In this document: one piece after another, positions 40,230 to 53,164 of the stretch
Position numbering within the stretch: position 1 is the stretch's first letter
Layout of the letters: each line of letters starts with the position of its first letter
Origin: Octopus vulgaris
Lineage: Eukaryota
Direction: 5' to 3'
Assembly (NCBI GenBank): GCA_951406725.2
Contig: OX597818.1
Span: 58,218,001 to 58,282,000, forward strand
Length of the DNA: 64,000 nucleotides
Notes under the pieces: model-generated
What the model saw: the letters and a program-made list of their open reading frames with translations, nothing else
Database searches by the model: none
What the model was told of the DNA's origin: nothing
Program-made: the position numbers and the translations under genes

Positions 40230-40360
40230 ATAGGCGCAGGAGTGGCTGTGTAGTAAGTAGCTTGCTTACCAACCACATGGTTCCGGGTTAAGTCCCACTG
40301 CGTGGCACCTTAGGCAAGTGGTAAGCAAGCTACTTACCACACAGCCACTCCTGCGCCTAT
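40230..40360. repeat. Fold-back of two SINE family A heads
   Basis: 40230-40271 and 40319-40360 are reverse complements (1 mismatch). Confidence 0.9.
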
Positions 40361-40491
40361 ACAAACACGTTAAATGGCTGCAGTTGTAAAGTAAGTTAAA
40401 GTGTCCGGACATATATAACACAAACAAGAGAATTCACTGAGCTTCGTAAAAGAAACACTATCCGTACATTCAGTTATAAGAACGGTTCATC

Positions 40492-40864
40492 GTGGAGGCG
40501 CAATGGCCCAGTGGTTAGGGCAGCGGACTCGCGGTCATAGGATCGCGGTTTCGTTGTGAGTGTTTATTGAGCTAAAACACCTAAAGCTCCACGAGGCTCC
40601 GGCAGGGGATGGTAGTGATCCCTGCTGTACTCTTTCACCACAACTTTCTCTCACTCTTACTTCCTGTTTCTGTTGTACCTGTATTTCAAAGGGCCGGCCT
40701 TGTCACTCTCTGTGTCACGCCGAATATCCCCGAGAACTACGTTAAGTGTACACGTGTGTGTGGAGTGTTCAGCCACTTACACGTTAATTTCACGAGCAGG
40801 CTGTTCCGTTGATTCGGATCAACCGGAACCCTCGTCGTCGTAACCGATGGAGTGCTTCCAACCA
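40492..40864 (+). mobile_element. SINE family C with perfect 17-bp TSD
   Basis: TSD TATAAGAACGGTTCATC at 40475 and 40865. Confidence 0.92.
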
Positions 40865-41227
40865 TATAAGAACGGTTCATCAATATTTGTACGAAAGGAA
40901 ACGGCATATTAAGATTGAAGAGAAGAATAAGCTGTAACACCTTACTATTAAATTATGCTTCGAAACATTTCGTAAGACACTTCGCTGAGAATGAAACTAA
41001 CTATAACGAACCTATATCTAATTTAGAAGACTGTGAAACCACAATAGTAATTGAAAAATTTCACGTTCCCATATTTTGGAACATTTAATTAGACACTTGT
41101 TATAAACAACAGCACAAATTGAAGTCTTGAAATTAATAACTTTAAAATTGGATTCCTTTTTTCGCATGGTAATTTAGGAGCATCTGAATTTGTCAAGATG
41201 GCACATTGTGGGCGGAAAATAATGGAT

Positions 41228-41605
41228 TTGGTGTGTGGTAAGTAGCTTACTTACCAACCATATGGTTCCGGGTTCAGTCCCACAGCGTGGCACCTTGGGC
41301 ATGTGTCTTCTACTATAGCTTCGAGCCGACCTAAGCCTTGTGAGTGGATTTGGTAGACGGAAACTGAAAGAAGCCTGTCGTATATATGTATATATATACA
41401 TATATGTGTGTGTCTGTGCTTCCCTCTCCCAACATCGCTTGACGCTGGTGTGTTTACGCCTCCGTAACTTAACCCTTCGGCAAAAGAGACCGATAGAACA
41501 AGTACTAGGCTTACAAAGAATATGTCCTTGGGTCGATTTGCTCGACTAAAGGCGGTGCTCCAGCATGGCTGCAATCAAATGACTGAAACAAGTAAAAGAG
41601 TAAAA
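41228..41605 (+). mobile_element. SINE family A (slightly 5'-truncated)
   Basis: Match to family consensus. Confidence 0.88.
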
Positions 41606-42435
41606 TTGTAAAAGCGTATTAGTAAGATAAATATGAGGCACTTTGTTGCTGTTTCAGGATTTATCACGCATTCGCATTTAAACTACTCTCTGAAAGTCTG
41701 TCCAACTAATGTACGGGTTTTAGCAATATACATTCTTTTTTTTTTAAGTAAAAACAAAAGACTAAGGGTTTTATTTCTACGGAAATATTGCTCGACTCCT
41801 TGTTAGAAAATAGGACCGGGTGTTGCGACAGTGAGCGAAAGCACTTGGCATTTGGAGGTCACGGATTGAGTATCACAGGAAAGGGTTTTCACATGACAGG
41901 CTTTACTCGAAGTGACATCAATTTGGTGACGTCATAGAAAACGTCAAATGCACAACAAAGAAACAAATACACGTCCTTTAAATTCTGCGGCGTACTTATG
42001 ATATCGTAGGGCATTGTATGTTTATTACTGTTCCTTCTTTTGCGAATGCCACCACTATGTATTGTAGCCCAAATCAGTAAGGCTATTCTCGTTATTATCC
42101 CAGTAATGTATACTAGAATACTACAAGGGATGGTAGTATTTTAATTATAATTTCAACTTATACATGTTGTTAAGTTTATAAATGACATACAATGATTCTA
42201 CATCGGTAGAGGAATACATCTAACCGGAATCTGCGGATGAGTTTGAAATGATAGCTCGTGAATAGATCTTTAATACTTCCGGTTTGGTTACTCATCAAAT
42301 GAAAATATGCTTTCGTCTAGTCTCAGAAAATGGCAGCAGGTAATAAAAGAATAAAGTAATCTCTCGAGTAAGTACCTTACTATACATTCCAAAGAAGCCT
42401 TACCAAAAAGGATTAGAGAAATTTGATCTCTAGGA

Positions 42436-42644
42436 CATATGGGTAAATTTTCAGAGTAACACCCGCACGATTTTCACTAAGAAAAAAAATCGGATTTTTT
42501 GCGTGGAATGTAGTACCCTTACCTCGTATGGGATTTGCAGTATATTACGAGGTCAGGGTAATTGATAACACGCAAAATATCCGAGTTTTTGTTTTTCTTG
42601 GTGAAAATCGTGCGGTCGTTACTCGAACATTTTACCGACATGTG
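42436..42644. mobile_element. Fully palindromic MITE-like hairpin
   Basis: GGTAAATTTTCAGAGTAACACCCGCACGATTTTCACTAAGAAAAA mirrored by TTTTTCTTGGTGAAAATCGTGCGGTCGTTACTCGAACATTTTACC; inner ACCTCGTA/TACGAGGT. Confidence 0.75.
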
Positions 42645-42982
42645 TGCGTGAATGTTAAACAAACAAAAATGAAAGAGGAATAACTTTTTGGAGGCAATCA
42701 AAATCGTCTTAAAAACTTCTCATTACATTACAAATTCTAAGAAGACTATCAATCGGTTCATAACATTTGTAATAATATTCACTATATCATTCCAGCAAAT
42801 GGTTATGAGATTTAGACAAGAACGCGATATATAAAAATCCCATCGAATCCAATTCACTATATGTAATTAAGAACAACCGAATACAGAAAATATGAGTGGT
42901 AGGCAACTACTATGTGTACATGCCTGAGACTAAAGAACGCGTATGAGTAGCTATAAAAAAAACAGTTACCATAAGTTACCAA

Positions 42983-43285
42983 TGGAGGCTCAATGGCCCA
43001 GTGGTTAGGGCAGCGGACTCGCGGTCGGAGAATCGCGGTTTCGATTCCCAGACCGAGCGTTGTCCGTGTTTATTGAGCGTAAACACCTAAAAGCTCCACG
43101 GGGCTCTGGCAGGGGGTGGTGGTGACCCCTTTTGTACTCGCCACAACTTTCTCTCACTCTCTCTTCCTGTTTCTTGAGTAACGCTGCAATGGACTGGCGT
43201 CCCGTCCAGCTGGGGGGGAACACATACGCCACAGAAACCGTGAAACCGGGTGCATGAGTCTGGCTAGGCTTGAAAGCGGCGACGT
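42983..43285 (+). mobile_element. Chimeric SINE: family C head and middle, family D tail
   Basis: Matches 40492 up to CTTCCTGTTTC, then matches 17054 (GAGTAACGCTGC..TGGACTGGCGTCCCGTCCAGCTGGGG). Confidence 0.85.
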
Positions 43286-43834
43286 TTATCGTTTTACAAA
43301 TTCATAAAATCTAGCAAGAAACGATTGCAACATGTCCTGATTTTGTGTAAACAACAACGCAATTACATATGCAACCACAAAGCTATCGTAATCTGTCATA
43401 TAGACATTGGATGTATTTAGTTTTCAGCCTGGATTTCTTAATGGCTGTTGGCAACAAAATTAGACATACTTCCATGTAATGTATTAAGAGATGGACATAA
43501 ATCTATAAATGTCACTTGCTTGTATGAACTTTGGTCTTGTGGATGTTGAAGTACTATTTGTTTTGCCAATAACAAAAGAGTCATTCCGACAAACCTAGAC
43601 TCGTGGTATTTTCTGGAACAATTTGTCATGAATCAGAATACCCGACTCCACGGCAACAAAATTCTTCACGCAGTAGATATAAGGCCGAAAACAGATCTTC
43701 ATACTTCTTTCCTGCCAACATCAAAACCTCTGTATCAACTCAAACTTTCATTTGTATCCCGACTACGCTTCAAAATTGCTAGTTTGAAAATAGCATGGTT
43801 TTTTACCATGCTTTAATACAACTTAGAAAGCTTT

Positions 43835-44050
43835 GACAGTAAGCTGGCAGTAACTGTAGCACGCCGGGCTACATGCTTAGCGGTATTTCGTCTGTCTTAT
43901 CGTTCTGAGTTAAAATTCAACCGAAGTTGACTTTGCCTTTCATCTTTTGGGGTCGATAAATTAAGTACCAGTTGCGTACTTGGTTCAATCTAATCGACTA
44001 GACGCTCCCCCAAAATATTGGGCCTTGATCCTAGAGTACAAAGGGATAAT
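43835..44050 (+). mobile_element. SINE family B variant
   Basis: AAGCTGGCAG...GACTTTGCCTTTCATCTTTTGGGGTCGATAAATTAAGTACCAG with an alternative tail. Confidence 0.75.
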
Positions 44051-45215
44051 TCTAAGGCCACTGGCGTTTACATAAGTTTAAGCTTGCGAAACACAAATGC
44101 ATGTCGGCTTTCAGAATGCTTCTGTTGCGAGTGCTGCACTTTTAAATACTTTGTCTTCCTAATTAATCATTGCCGTTTAAATTTAAGGGTGGAATTTTGC
44201 CCTGTATGGAAATCTAATGAATATAATTAATATTATTTGCTGTCTTTGATGCTTTCTTTATAATTACCATTGAGTAAAAACGCTTAGTCTTAAATCTTGG
44301 TATTCACTTTTCATTGGTATTTATATTTGCATAGTTACAGTGTAGTTTTTTTTTTGTTAGTATTCTACTATTTCTTATTTTTGGTTTTGAAGCATCTTCT
44401 TTTTTCTCTTTTGCTCGTGTGAAAGATATACATCTAATTTATTCTCTCTATGGAATTACATTTTTGTTGTTTGTGTTGTGTACAGTGAATGCGTTTTTTT
44501 TTGTGTGTATTGTTTCTTATCAATATTTACTTCGATTTTGATGGCTTTGAGAATACAGGAATTTTTGCTGCTCTTTGATAATATAATTTCTTAACACTTG
44601 TGTTTGGATAGAATGTTGCACTTAGAACATGGCTATATCAAGGTTTTTAATTCCATAACTATTTCGAGAGCACTGCGGAGTTGGAAGTGAAATGCTTCTA
44701 TCTCCATTTCTTCTTCTAGAAGATGTTATTACATGCAACTATCTTATTAAAACAGACTGGAATCGGATATAAATGACATAGAAGGTCAGTCAGTCAGTGT
44801 GTTTCTATGGATAACCTCATTTATAATCGGCAGATGAAAAATAACTGAAAATATTGCGACAGACAGCAAATTGCTTTAATGAATGGATTTATAAATGAAT
44901 GAGATGAATAAAATGTACAAAAAGAGATAGGAAAGATAACAAAGTCGACTACATAAAGAGATGAGAAAATTGGAGTAAAACCAGAATTCCAAATACATGA
45001 AAGCAGAAATAGGTCTAATTTTGCATTGAGTAAACGGAAGAACTCAGACTGTTATTGTTCGATAATGACCGAGAGGATATACGAATGACTTTATTACATA
45101 ATGTCTGGTAGAGTAAGGAAATACGTATAATAATATAAAGAATGTCGTATGAAGGTATATTATATATTATTTAATATTTTCACTCTCTCTGTCTCTGTCT
45201 CTCATTCCCTGCGGA

Positions 45216-45259
<44 letters not shown>

Positions 45260-45295
45260 CGCGTACACACACACAAATAAGGCTCTACGCTGCAA

Positions 45296-45690
45296 TTTAT
45301 AAACAGTTAATACGAAGGTTTCTACTGATTACGTGATTTTAACATCAGAGCCAGTATCTTTGGGATGAGTACATTATAGTCCGTAGTACCCATGGGTATC
45401 CTGTTGATGATCAAGATTATTTCTTTCATCAGGCGATACTGCATTAGTGGGTGGACCGCAGAGGGATGTATATCCTTTCTTGCCGGCTCGACAGAGCTTC
45501 ATAGTCGCAAGAAGAAATAAACATCCCTCTGTGATTCATTCACACATGAAGTATCGCCTGATGAAATGATCATCAAACGGATGCCCATTGCTACTGTGGG
45601 CTTTACTGTTCTCATGCCAAGGATAAGGGCTGTGATGTTCAAGTCACAGGATCTGTAGCAACGCCTAGCGATGTAGTAATTATTTATAAA
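45296..45690. repeat. Old imperfect palindrome of about 390 bp (MITE-like)
   Basis: TTTCATCAGGCGATAC/GTATCGCCTGATGAAA, CAGAGGGATGT/ACATCCCTCTG and GTGATTTTAACATCA/TGATGTTCAAGTCAC pair symmetrically. Confidence 0.75.
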
Positions 45691-45846
45691 TCCCTTCCTA
45701 GTACTATTGTTACTATTATATTTATCCTACATCATATCGGTATAACCTTGAAGCAACACAGAAAAACTGACTCCCTATTCACCATCAGTAGACGGTACTT
45801 GGCACACTGAAATAGAAGCTTTATTTGCGCTTCCATTAAGGAAATT

Positions 45847-45903
<57 letters not shown>

Positions 45904-46097
45904 TAGTTGAATGAATTATCCTAGTATGGATAAGTCGGTTAACCGATAGCTGGGTAGTAAATTCACGTAAGAAAACACGGTTGAAGCTACATGCCAAGGG
46001 CAGAGATCACGTGATTTCGTGTGGAAATTTGTCTGTTTTTTTTTACTATAAATAAATGAAAGAATGGAGTCGAACGACGATTTAACAAAATTCCTTT

Positions 46098-46181
46098 ATT
46101 CTCGACATATGTTTCGAAGACTGCATATTCCTAATTCCGAAGGAATAAAGGGTGCATTATGCCGCCTTCTCATCAGGAAAG
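46098..46181 (-). ncRNA. Type I hammerhead ribozyme with long stem II
   Basis: Minus: tttc CTGATGA gaaggc...gtcttc GAAA catatg TC gaga; canonical core, GUC site; adjacent near-perfect hairpin 46187-46248. Confidence 0.82.
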
Positions 46182-47641
46182 ACAAGGAACTTATGTCAGC
46201 ATCATGACGAACAAAAATTTTTGCTCGTCATGATGCTGACATAAGTTCTTTTATTCATTTATTTATTTCAGTCATTTCACTGTGGCCATGCTGGAGCACT
46301 GCCTTAAATGTTTTAGACAAACAAATCAAACAATATTTTGTCTTTTGAAAGTCTAGCTCTTGTTCTATTGGTCTCTTTTGGCGAACCTATAGTTTACGAA
46401 TACATAAACACAACCACTCCGGTTGTCAAGCGGTGATGTTATACACACACACACACACACGCACACAGTCACACACATAGATATACACATGTGATGAGAA
46501 AGACTGCTTCTTACTCTCCCCCCACACACATCAGTAATCATGTCGAACCGTTAATTCCTACACATCGTTTCTCACTCAGTAGTATTTTGGGGGTGTGGTT
46601 CACGTACTTTTTTGACGTCTGAAACCTTTCGCTCGAAGAGCGTAGGCTTGAAACATAAAAAAACCCACTTTTCACTGTGTTTCAAACTAGTACAACTGCA
46701 TGTTGTCATCTCAACAATATTCGTATTTTGTTTTCGTTAAATTTGAACGGTATATATACACACAAGAAAACATAAGATACAGTGTACATTTAAACACATG
46801 AGGAATCCACTCATGGGATTCAACACGCTAGAAAGAGCAGCTAGGTTCTATAACCACAAAATTAGGGATAAAATTCGACAGGAACGCAATGAAAAAAAAA
46901 AAAAACATTTTACCTTCTAGTTTCCTGGACCAATTGGTTTCTGATTTTAGTTTAGCAAGAAAATGAATAACATATACCCTCGCCAGGTGAAATCGCCTTC
47001 AGTAGGAACACCTAGGGTTAAACGTATAAGCACCGGGCGACCAAATGACGTGCCCCTTGTTTATTCATTCTAACTTTTCAAAATCTACTTCCCAGCCGCA
47101 GCCCTTCGCCAGCAATAAGAAAAATGCCAACTTTTAAAAACCGAAAATTATCCTAAAACTTACAATATTTAATCATATCAAAGGGAATAGGAATTCATTA
47201 AAATGTACACTGTATCTTATGACTAATATATAGTCTTTTGGACTACATTTTTACACGTTAGATCACATAAAAATATATATATAGTGTACAGGTATATATA
47301 TACGTGGGGGTACCGAAAAGAAACCGGAATTGTAAAATATTATTTTATTCATTTCGTTTCCCATGACTACACTTTCATTGCCTTCAAAGAGGGTAGTGGT
47401 GAGCCCTGTGTTGTACTATTACTCTACAACTTTCTCTCACTCTTTCTTCGTGTCTCTGTTGCACCTGTATTTGAAAGGACCAGTCTACTCAAACTTTGGG
47501 TCACGCTGAATGTCCCCGACAATGTCAGCCACTTGCAGTGAAATTTCACGAGCAGGCTTTTCCGATGATCGGATCAACTGGAACCCTCGTCGTCGTAAAC
47601 GACGGAGCGCCACGATATATATGTATCTATATATATATATG

Positions 47642-47694
<53 letters not shown>

Positions 47695-47696
<2 letters not shown>

Positions 47697-47927
47697 ATAT
47701 GCTTTATTTTAAGCAGCAGAAAAATCAACAAAATCTGTTACTCTGAGTTTCTCGTTGCCGTTCATCAGACAGTTTTTGCTAGCAAAACTGTCTGATGAAC
47801 GGCAACGAGAAACTCAGAGTAACAGATTTTGTTGATTTTTCTGCTGCTTAAAATAAAGCATATTACTCTACCACTGGTATTTGAGTACTCTTTTTTCCAC
47901 CTTGTTTCACATTTATGTGTTTACTCC

Positions 47928-47930
<3 letters not shown>
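47695..47930. mobile_element. Fold-back mini-element with two mirror-image hammerheads plus a one-sided tail, in (TA)n
   Basis: Palindrome 47695-47865 centred on GCT|AGC; + HHR 47788-47825 ctgt CTGATGA a cg gcaa cg a GAAA ctcagag TA acag; - HHR 47735-47772. Confidence 0.88.
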
Positions 47931-47965
<35 letters not shown>

Positions 47966-47980
47966 TAGGTTATATATATC

Positions 47981-48017
<37 letters not shown>

Positions 48018-48056
48018 TTAGAGACAAAACCACTATTTTGCAAATTCCCTAATATT

Positions 48057-48133
<77 letters not shown>

Positions 48134-48170
48134 TTATATATATCATAAATATATATATATACACACACAC

Positions 48171-48260
<90 letters not shown>

Positions 48261-48925
48261 TTCACGTATACATAGATACCTACAAATGTATATCTATGCA
48301 TGCAAATTTGCGTGTATTCTTCAGCAGGTGATTTTAAAAGGAAGATGTAGTAATCATTTGCCTGTATGTGTGACTATTTGATGTGGGTAATTATAATGTA
48401 ATTATACAATTATTATAACAGATTCTTGATCCAGACGCATATCAATATTTACTGAATAAGCTAATTTTCTGTCGAATTTATTTTAAAACATTTTGTCATC
48501 TACCAGCGCATATCCAATGACAAATCCAATAATTATACCAATAGAAATTATAACAGTAGATTCCATTGTGTTTCAACAAAAGCAAAACGCAAACATTAAA
48601 TTTAAATTTAATAGAATAGTAACAAACTGATAATGTATTGTGTGATACAACATACTTATCCCCATACGTCTGTCTATCCAGTAATTGTGGTATAAGTTAA
48701 TATTGAAGGATATATAACATATTTCTATTTGTTCAACTTCCAGACGTCGTGCGTGAGGGAAGTATCAAAACCTTTAAAATATATGCATGCAATACTGCAA
48801 TATACATAGATAGATATGGAAAGGTTGTGTGTGTACGTGTGTGTGTTATGCAAGTGTGTGTGCATGTGCGCATTTATGTAAATATATATGCATACATAAA
48901 AAGAAGACATGAGCTTAAACGTATA

Positions 48926-49319
48926 CTAGCAGTATCGCCCGGTGTTGATCGTCTTTGCTTCGACTCTTTAGAATTGGAATTTTTGAAAAGCAAAAATCAT
49001 GCTTTATGTAGCTTGTTATTCTCTTTCAGTGACCATTTTTCTGGTTGAAATACACCGAAAAATGGCGACACCACAGTCAACAAAAATTGTAAAAAATAGG
49101 GATTTTCATAGAAAAGCACCTTTTTGATGTAAATAATTTTTGATGTTAACATGGTCCGATTTGAATTTCTTCTGCTACGGAAGGAAGGGTAAGGCTTCTT
49201 CTATCATAATCTCAATTTTGGTTAACTTATACAGCAGGGTCTCGGAGGAGATAGTGTTAGTTGAAGGCTACCAAACCTGCCATACAACACAGACAACTTC
49301 AGCTTTATATAGAGAGAGA
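48926..49319 (-). mobile_element. Non-autonomous Helitron, same 3' end as the 32.5-kb family but different interior
   Basis: CTAGCAGTATCGCCCGG at left; ACAACTTCAGCTTTATATAGAGA at right. Confidence 0.75.
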
Positions 49320-50150
49320 TATACACACATACACGCATACATACACACAGACAGACACCCGACAAACAGACACACAAGCATACACACGCACTTACATATG
49401 CACTTAGATATATGCACACATGCTACAATTTTCAAAATATATTCAAATACACAAAGACAATTCCATGCCGAATTACAGCGTTTACTTAGCATTTAAACCT
49501 AGAGATTCTGGTATAAATATATTAATACTTCTGTTTCTCACTATACAATATTCCTACCTAGCATTAAATATTTGATGTCATGGATTGTATATATAATTTA
49601 TGAGTGACACTGACAACATTATGACATAAAAAGTTATGTATATACAGTTGAAGAATTATATGAGATATAAGAAATTTGCATAAAAGGACACATTTTGGAT
49701 ACTGTGCTATGATATTTCGGGAAATGGATTATATGATACAACTAACAGTTATTTTTTTGTTTTTTTTTATTTGCTTTAGATTTACTCTGTAAATAAAGTA
49801 TTGTAGTATATCGTATATTTATTTAAGCGTTTCCCTTTGCGAATGCAATCTCTGTCTGTAGCGAAAAATAGTTCCTGAAATACGTAAGATTTAATGCTTG
49901 GTGTTGGGTTGAAAATTTACGACAGAAGAAGACCAATGAAAACGTCGATACTTATGTCTGTTTCCCTCCAGTAAAATCATGTTTCGATGTGATTAAACAT
50001 CAAAAATCAATAGATATGACTACAACGAAATTATAAGATGAATTCATTCGCAGCTAACGGCTCAGTCAGAATATAAATGCGCCGTAAGAAATATCACATT
50101 TACTTATTTACTCTGCTCATGTCAGATTTATTATTGAGAACGTACATATA

Positions 50151-50211
<61 letters not shown>

Positions 50212-50637
50212 CATATTGTATTTTGTACATATACTAATTTACCGACAAGCTAAATATTTAGATAATCTCCTAATTATAAATGCTATATTAATTAGTAACC
50301 TTCGGGAAATATAGGAATGATGTTACGGAAAATGTCTATACCATATTCATAGAAGTACATTTCTTTTCGCCATTAAAATTATTTTTATAATTTCTTAATA
50401 ATTTAAGGTTCAACATCATCGCCAAAACATAGAATTTTGATCACCAAGGAAAATCGACGAAAGCGGCCTATGGTAAATTAACTTTCAAAATTGTGACTGA
50501 CACGAAAATATGGAATTTTCAAATACACGTATATGCACACATGTGCGATAAAATGCATTTATGAATACAAGAATATATACACATGCTCTTTCATTTGTGC
50601 ATTTATACGAATAAATAACATTTTATACATTGACATA

Positions 50638-50726
<89 letters not shown>

Positions 50727-50728
<2 letters not shown>

Positions 50729-51060
50729 TATTATAGTTATGTCCTGATATTTGCATTTGTATTTGTGTAAGATTTCTCCGTTTTTTACCGTCCCTGTTTT
50801 TCGTATACATTCGATGCATTTTTCCAAGGAATATAATGCTCTTAGCGTAGTTTTTCCTTGGGGCTGGCCACATCGGAGCAATATCGAGTATATCCAGCCT
50901 AAATTGCTAATATAATCTGGAACTCCACTAGGGAAAGAAAACTCCGTATTACCCGTCCTCGTTTTCTTTGTATCGTCCGTCTGGATATGTTGTCCCTATT
51001 TTGTATCACTTAACTGTCTGGGTATTTTGCGCTTTTGACCCATTGTTGTATTTTTATATA
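50727..51060 (+). mobile_element. (TA)n-embedded repeat carrying a decayed reordered-hammerhead candidate (family P2, copy 1)
   Basis: Homologous to 51540-51805; agcaa TA tcgagt..ccagcc TAAA ttgct..aatctgg aactcca CTAGGGA. Confidence 0.55.
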
Positions 51061-51116
51061 TAAATATATAACAGCTACGTGTGCTTTGGTCTCTTATATG
51101 TAAGTATATATGTATG

Positions 51117-51162
<46 letters not shown>

Positions 51163-51686
51163 ACGACTCTATTATTTTTTGTTTTCTTTCATTCTTTCCT
51201 TCTTTCTATCAACACTTTCATACTTACCTCGTCCATTCCACTCTTCGTTCTTTCATTCCCTTTCTCCCACATTTCCTGGACTTCTCTTCATGCTCACTTT
51301 CCCTCCTCTTTCCTTTCTCTGTCCCTTTCATTTTTTCTTAGCGCTCCTTTATTCTTCTATCTCTCTGCCTCCATCTTTCTCTCTTCTCTCCCCACGTGAC
51401 CCGTTTTCGGCCGAGCCTGACCTTTCTTTCTTATTTCGAGTACCATCCATACAACATTTATATTCCTCCACGTGTCTGCCAAACGTTATGTCCTTGCCGT
51501 AATCCTTTACTTCCACACACGTCAGCTTAATTTAGTTGTCCTTAGTCGAAAGATACTTGTTGTTATGTCCTGTTATTTGCATTTGTATTTGTGTAGCATT
51601 TCTCCGTTCTTTTCCGTCCTTGTTTTTCGTATACATTCGCTCCTTTCTTCCAAGGAATCTAATGCTCTTAGCTTAGATTTTTACGG

Positions 51687-51770
51687 GGCTGGCCAGATTG
51701 GAGCAATATCGAGTATAACCAGCCGAAACTGCAAAGATAATCTGGAACTCAACTGAAGAGAAAAAACTCC
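51687..51770 (+). ncRNA. Candidate hammerhead with reordered strands (family P2, copy 2)
   Basis: ggctgg ccagatt gg agcaa TA tcgagt ataa ccagcc GAAA ctgca aagat aatctgg a actcaa CTGAAGA g. Confidence 0.5.
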
Positions 51771-52889
51771 GAATGACCCGTTCTTGTTTTCTTTGTATTG
51801 TCTGCGTAACATTGAATATCTCCACTACTAACTCCTAATCAGCTCACATTGGATTTATTTTGAAGCTACTCTAGACAGTGTGGCCCTTGCCCTGGACGAA
51901 AACTTTGGAGTTTAAATTAAGCGCTACAATACGTTTTCTATCGTGGGGATATCTAGCTCTCACCTCTTCATTGTATGTGTGCATGTACGTATGCCAAACG
52001 TTTTCTGTGTGTAATGGAGTCCATACACATGTAGGAGCACGTACATGTATCCGTAAAACATCAACGTACAGACACAGTCGTGTGAAGCAGACTCCATACG
52101 ATTATCGTTAGATTTGCTTGTTCTATTCATATTTTACAAGCTAATGGCTGACGGCCATGATAGGAACAGCCGCATTTGAATTAATGGTGAATGTTAGATA
52201 CTGCTTATTATTGGCATGCGTTTAAGTTTTCAGTGTGTAATTTTCGAAGCATTAGGTATCTGTAACCTAAACAACATTGTATTTCAGCTGCATAAATTGA
52301 AACGCACACAACAAGTTACACACATTTTCGTACACATACAATATCATATATTTATTTACACTCACACAGATACGCGCGCACAGACACATGTATAGATATA
52401 CATACACACACATGTATATTCATATGCATATATTTATATATACTCACATATATTTGTGTGTTTGTGTGTACGTATAAATGGTAAACGCCAACATGGAACT
52501 GAATTAGACCTCTTCTTAAACTCAGGAAGTCGGTGCAAACATTCCAAAAGCTTTTTTGAATGGATAAACATCTAAGCGGCACTGAAACATGTTTTCAGCG
52601 CAATGAGCGATGAAACCGCTGGCACCACAGTGGAGAAGACGACGAAAACCCCACTGGGTATAACATAAAATTGCATCCGGTTAGGGGCTCAGGTACGGTG
52701 CTTCAAGTATTTGAGAAATGTGGAACCACATATCCACCTACTCTGACTCGTAGAAATATCACCTAGCTGTGTGTTTTGTAGCACATGAGACACTGAGTAG
52801 TAGATACTTAGCTTTCGTTGGAACATCCTTCAAGGAGAAGGTAAGCCTTTTTATACATATATGTATGCACACACACACACACACGCACA

Positions 52890-52960
<71 letters not shown>

Positions 52961-52961
<1 letters not shown>

Positions 52962-53164
52962 GTTAATACAAACATGAAAACACAACAACGCGAGGACATG
53001 GAACAAGTATAGTATTATTGGACGCTCAGGAAAGAAGGAAAGAAGGAGGGCTTAAAGTTTCGAGCGGAGCTCTTCGTCAGAAACATAGGAAAAGGAAAGA
53101 TCCAAAGTAGGGAAGAAGGAGGAAAAAAAATCGCCAACGGTACACAGGCGGTCACATTTTGAAT

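Noticed and set aside
41913-41934. Adjacent TGACATCA and perfect CRE TGACGTCA
   Set aside because: Short motifs expected by chance in 64 kb; no gene or promoter context visible.
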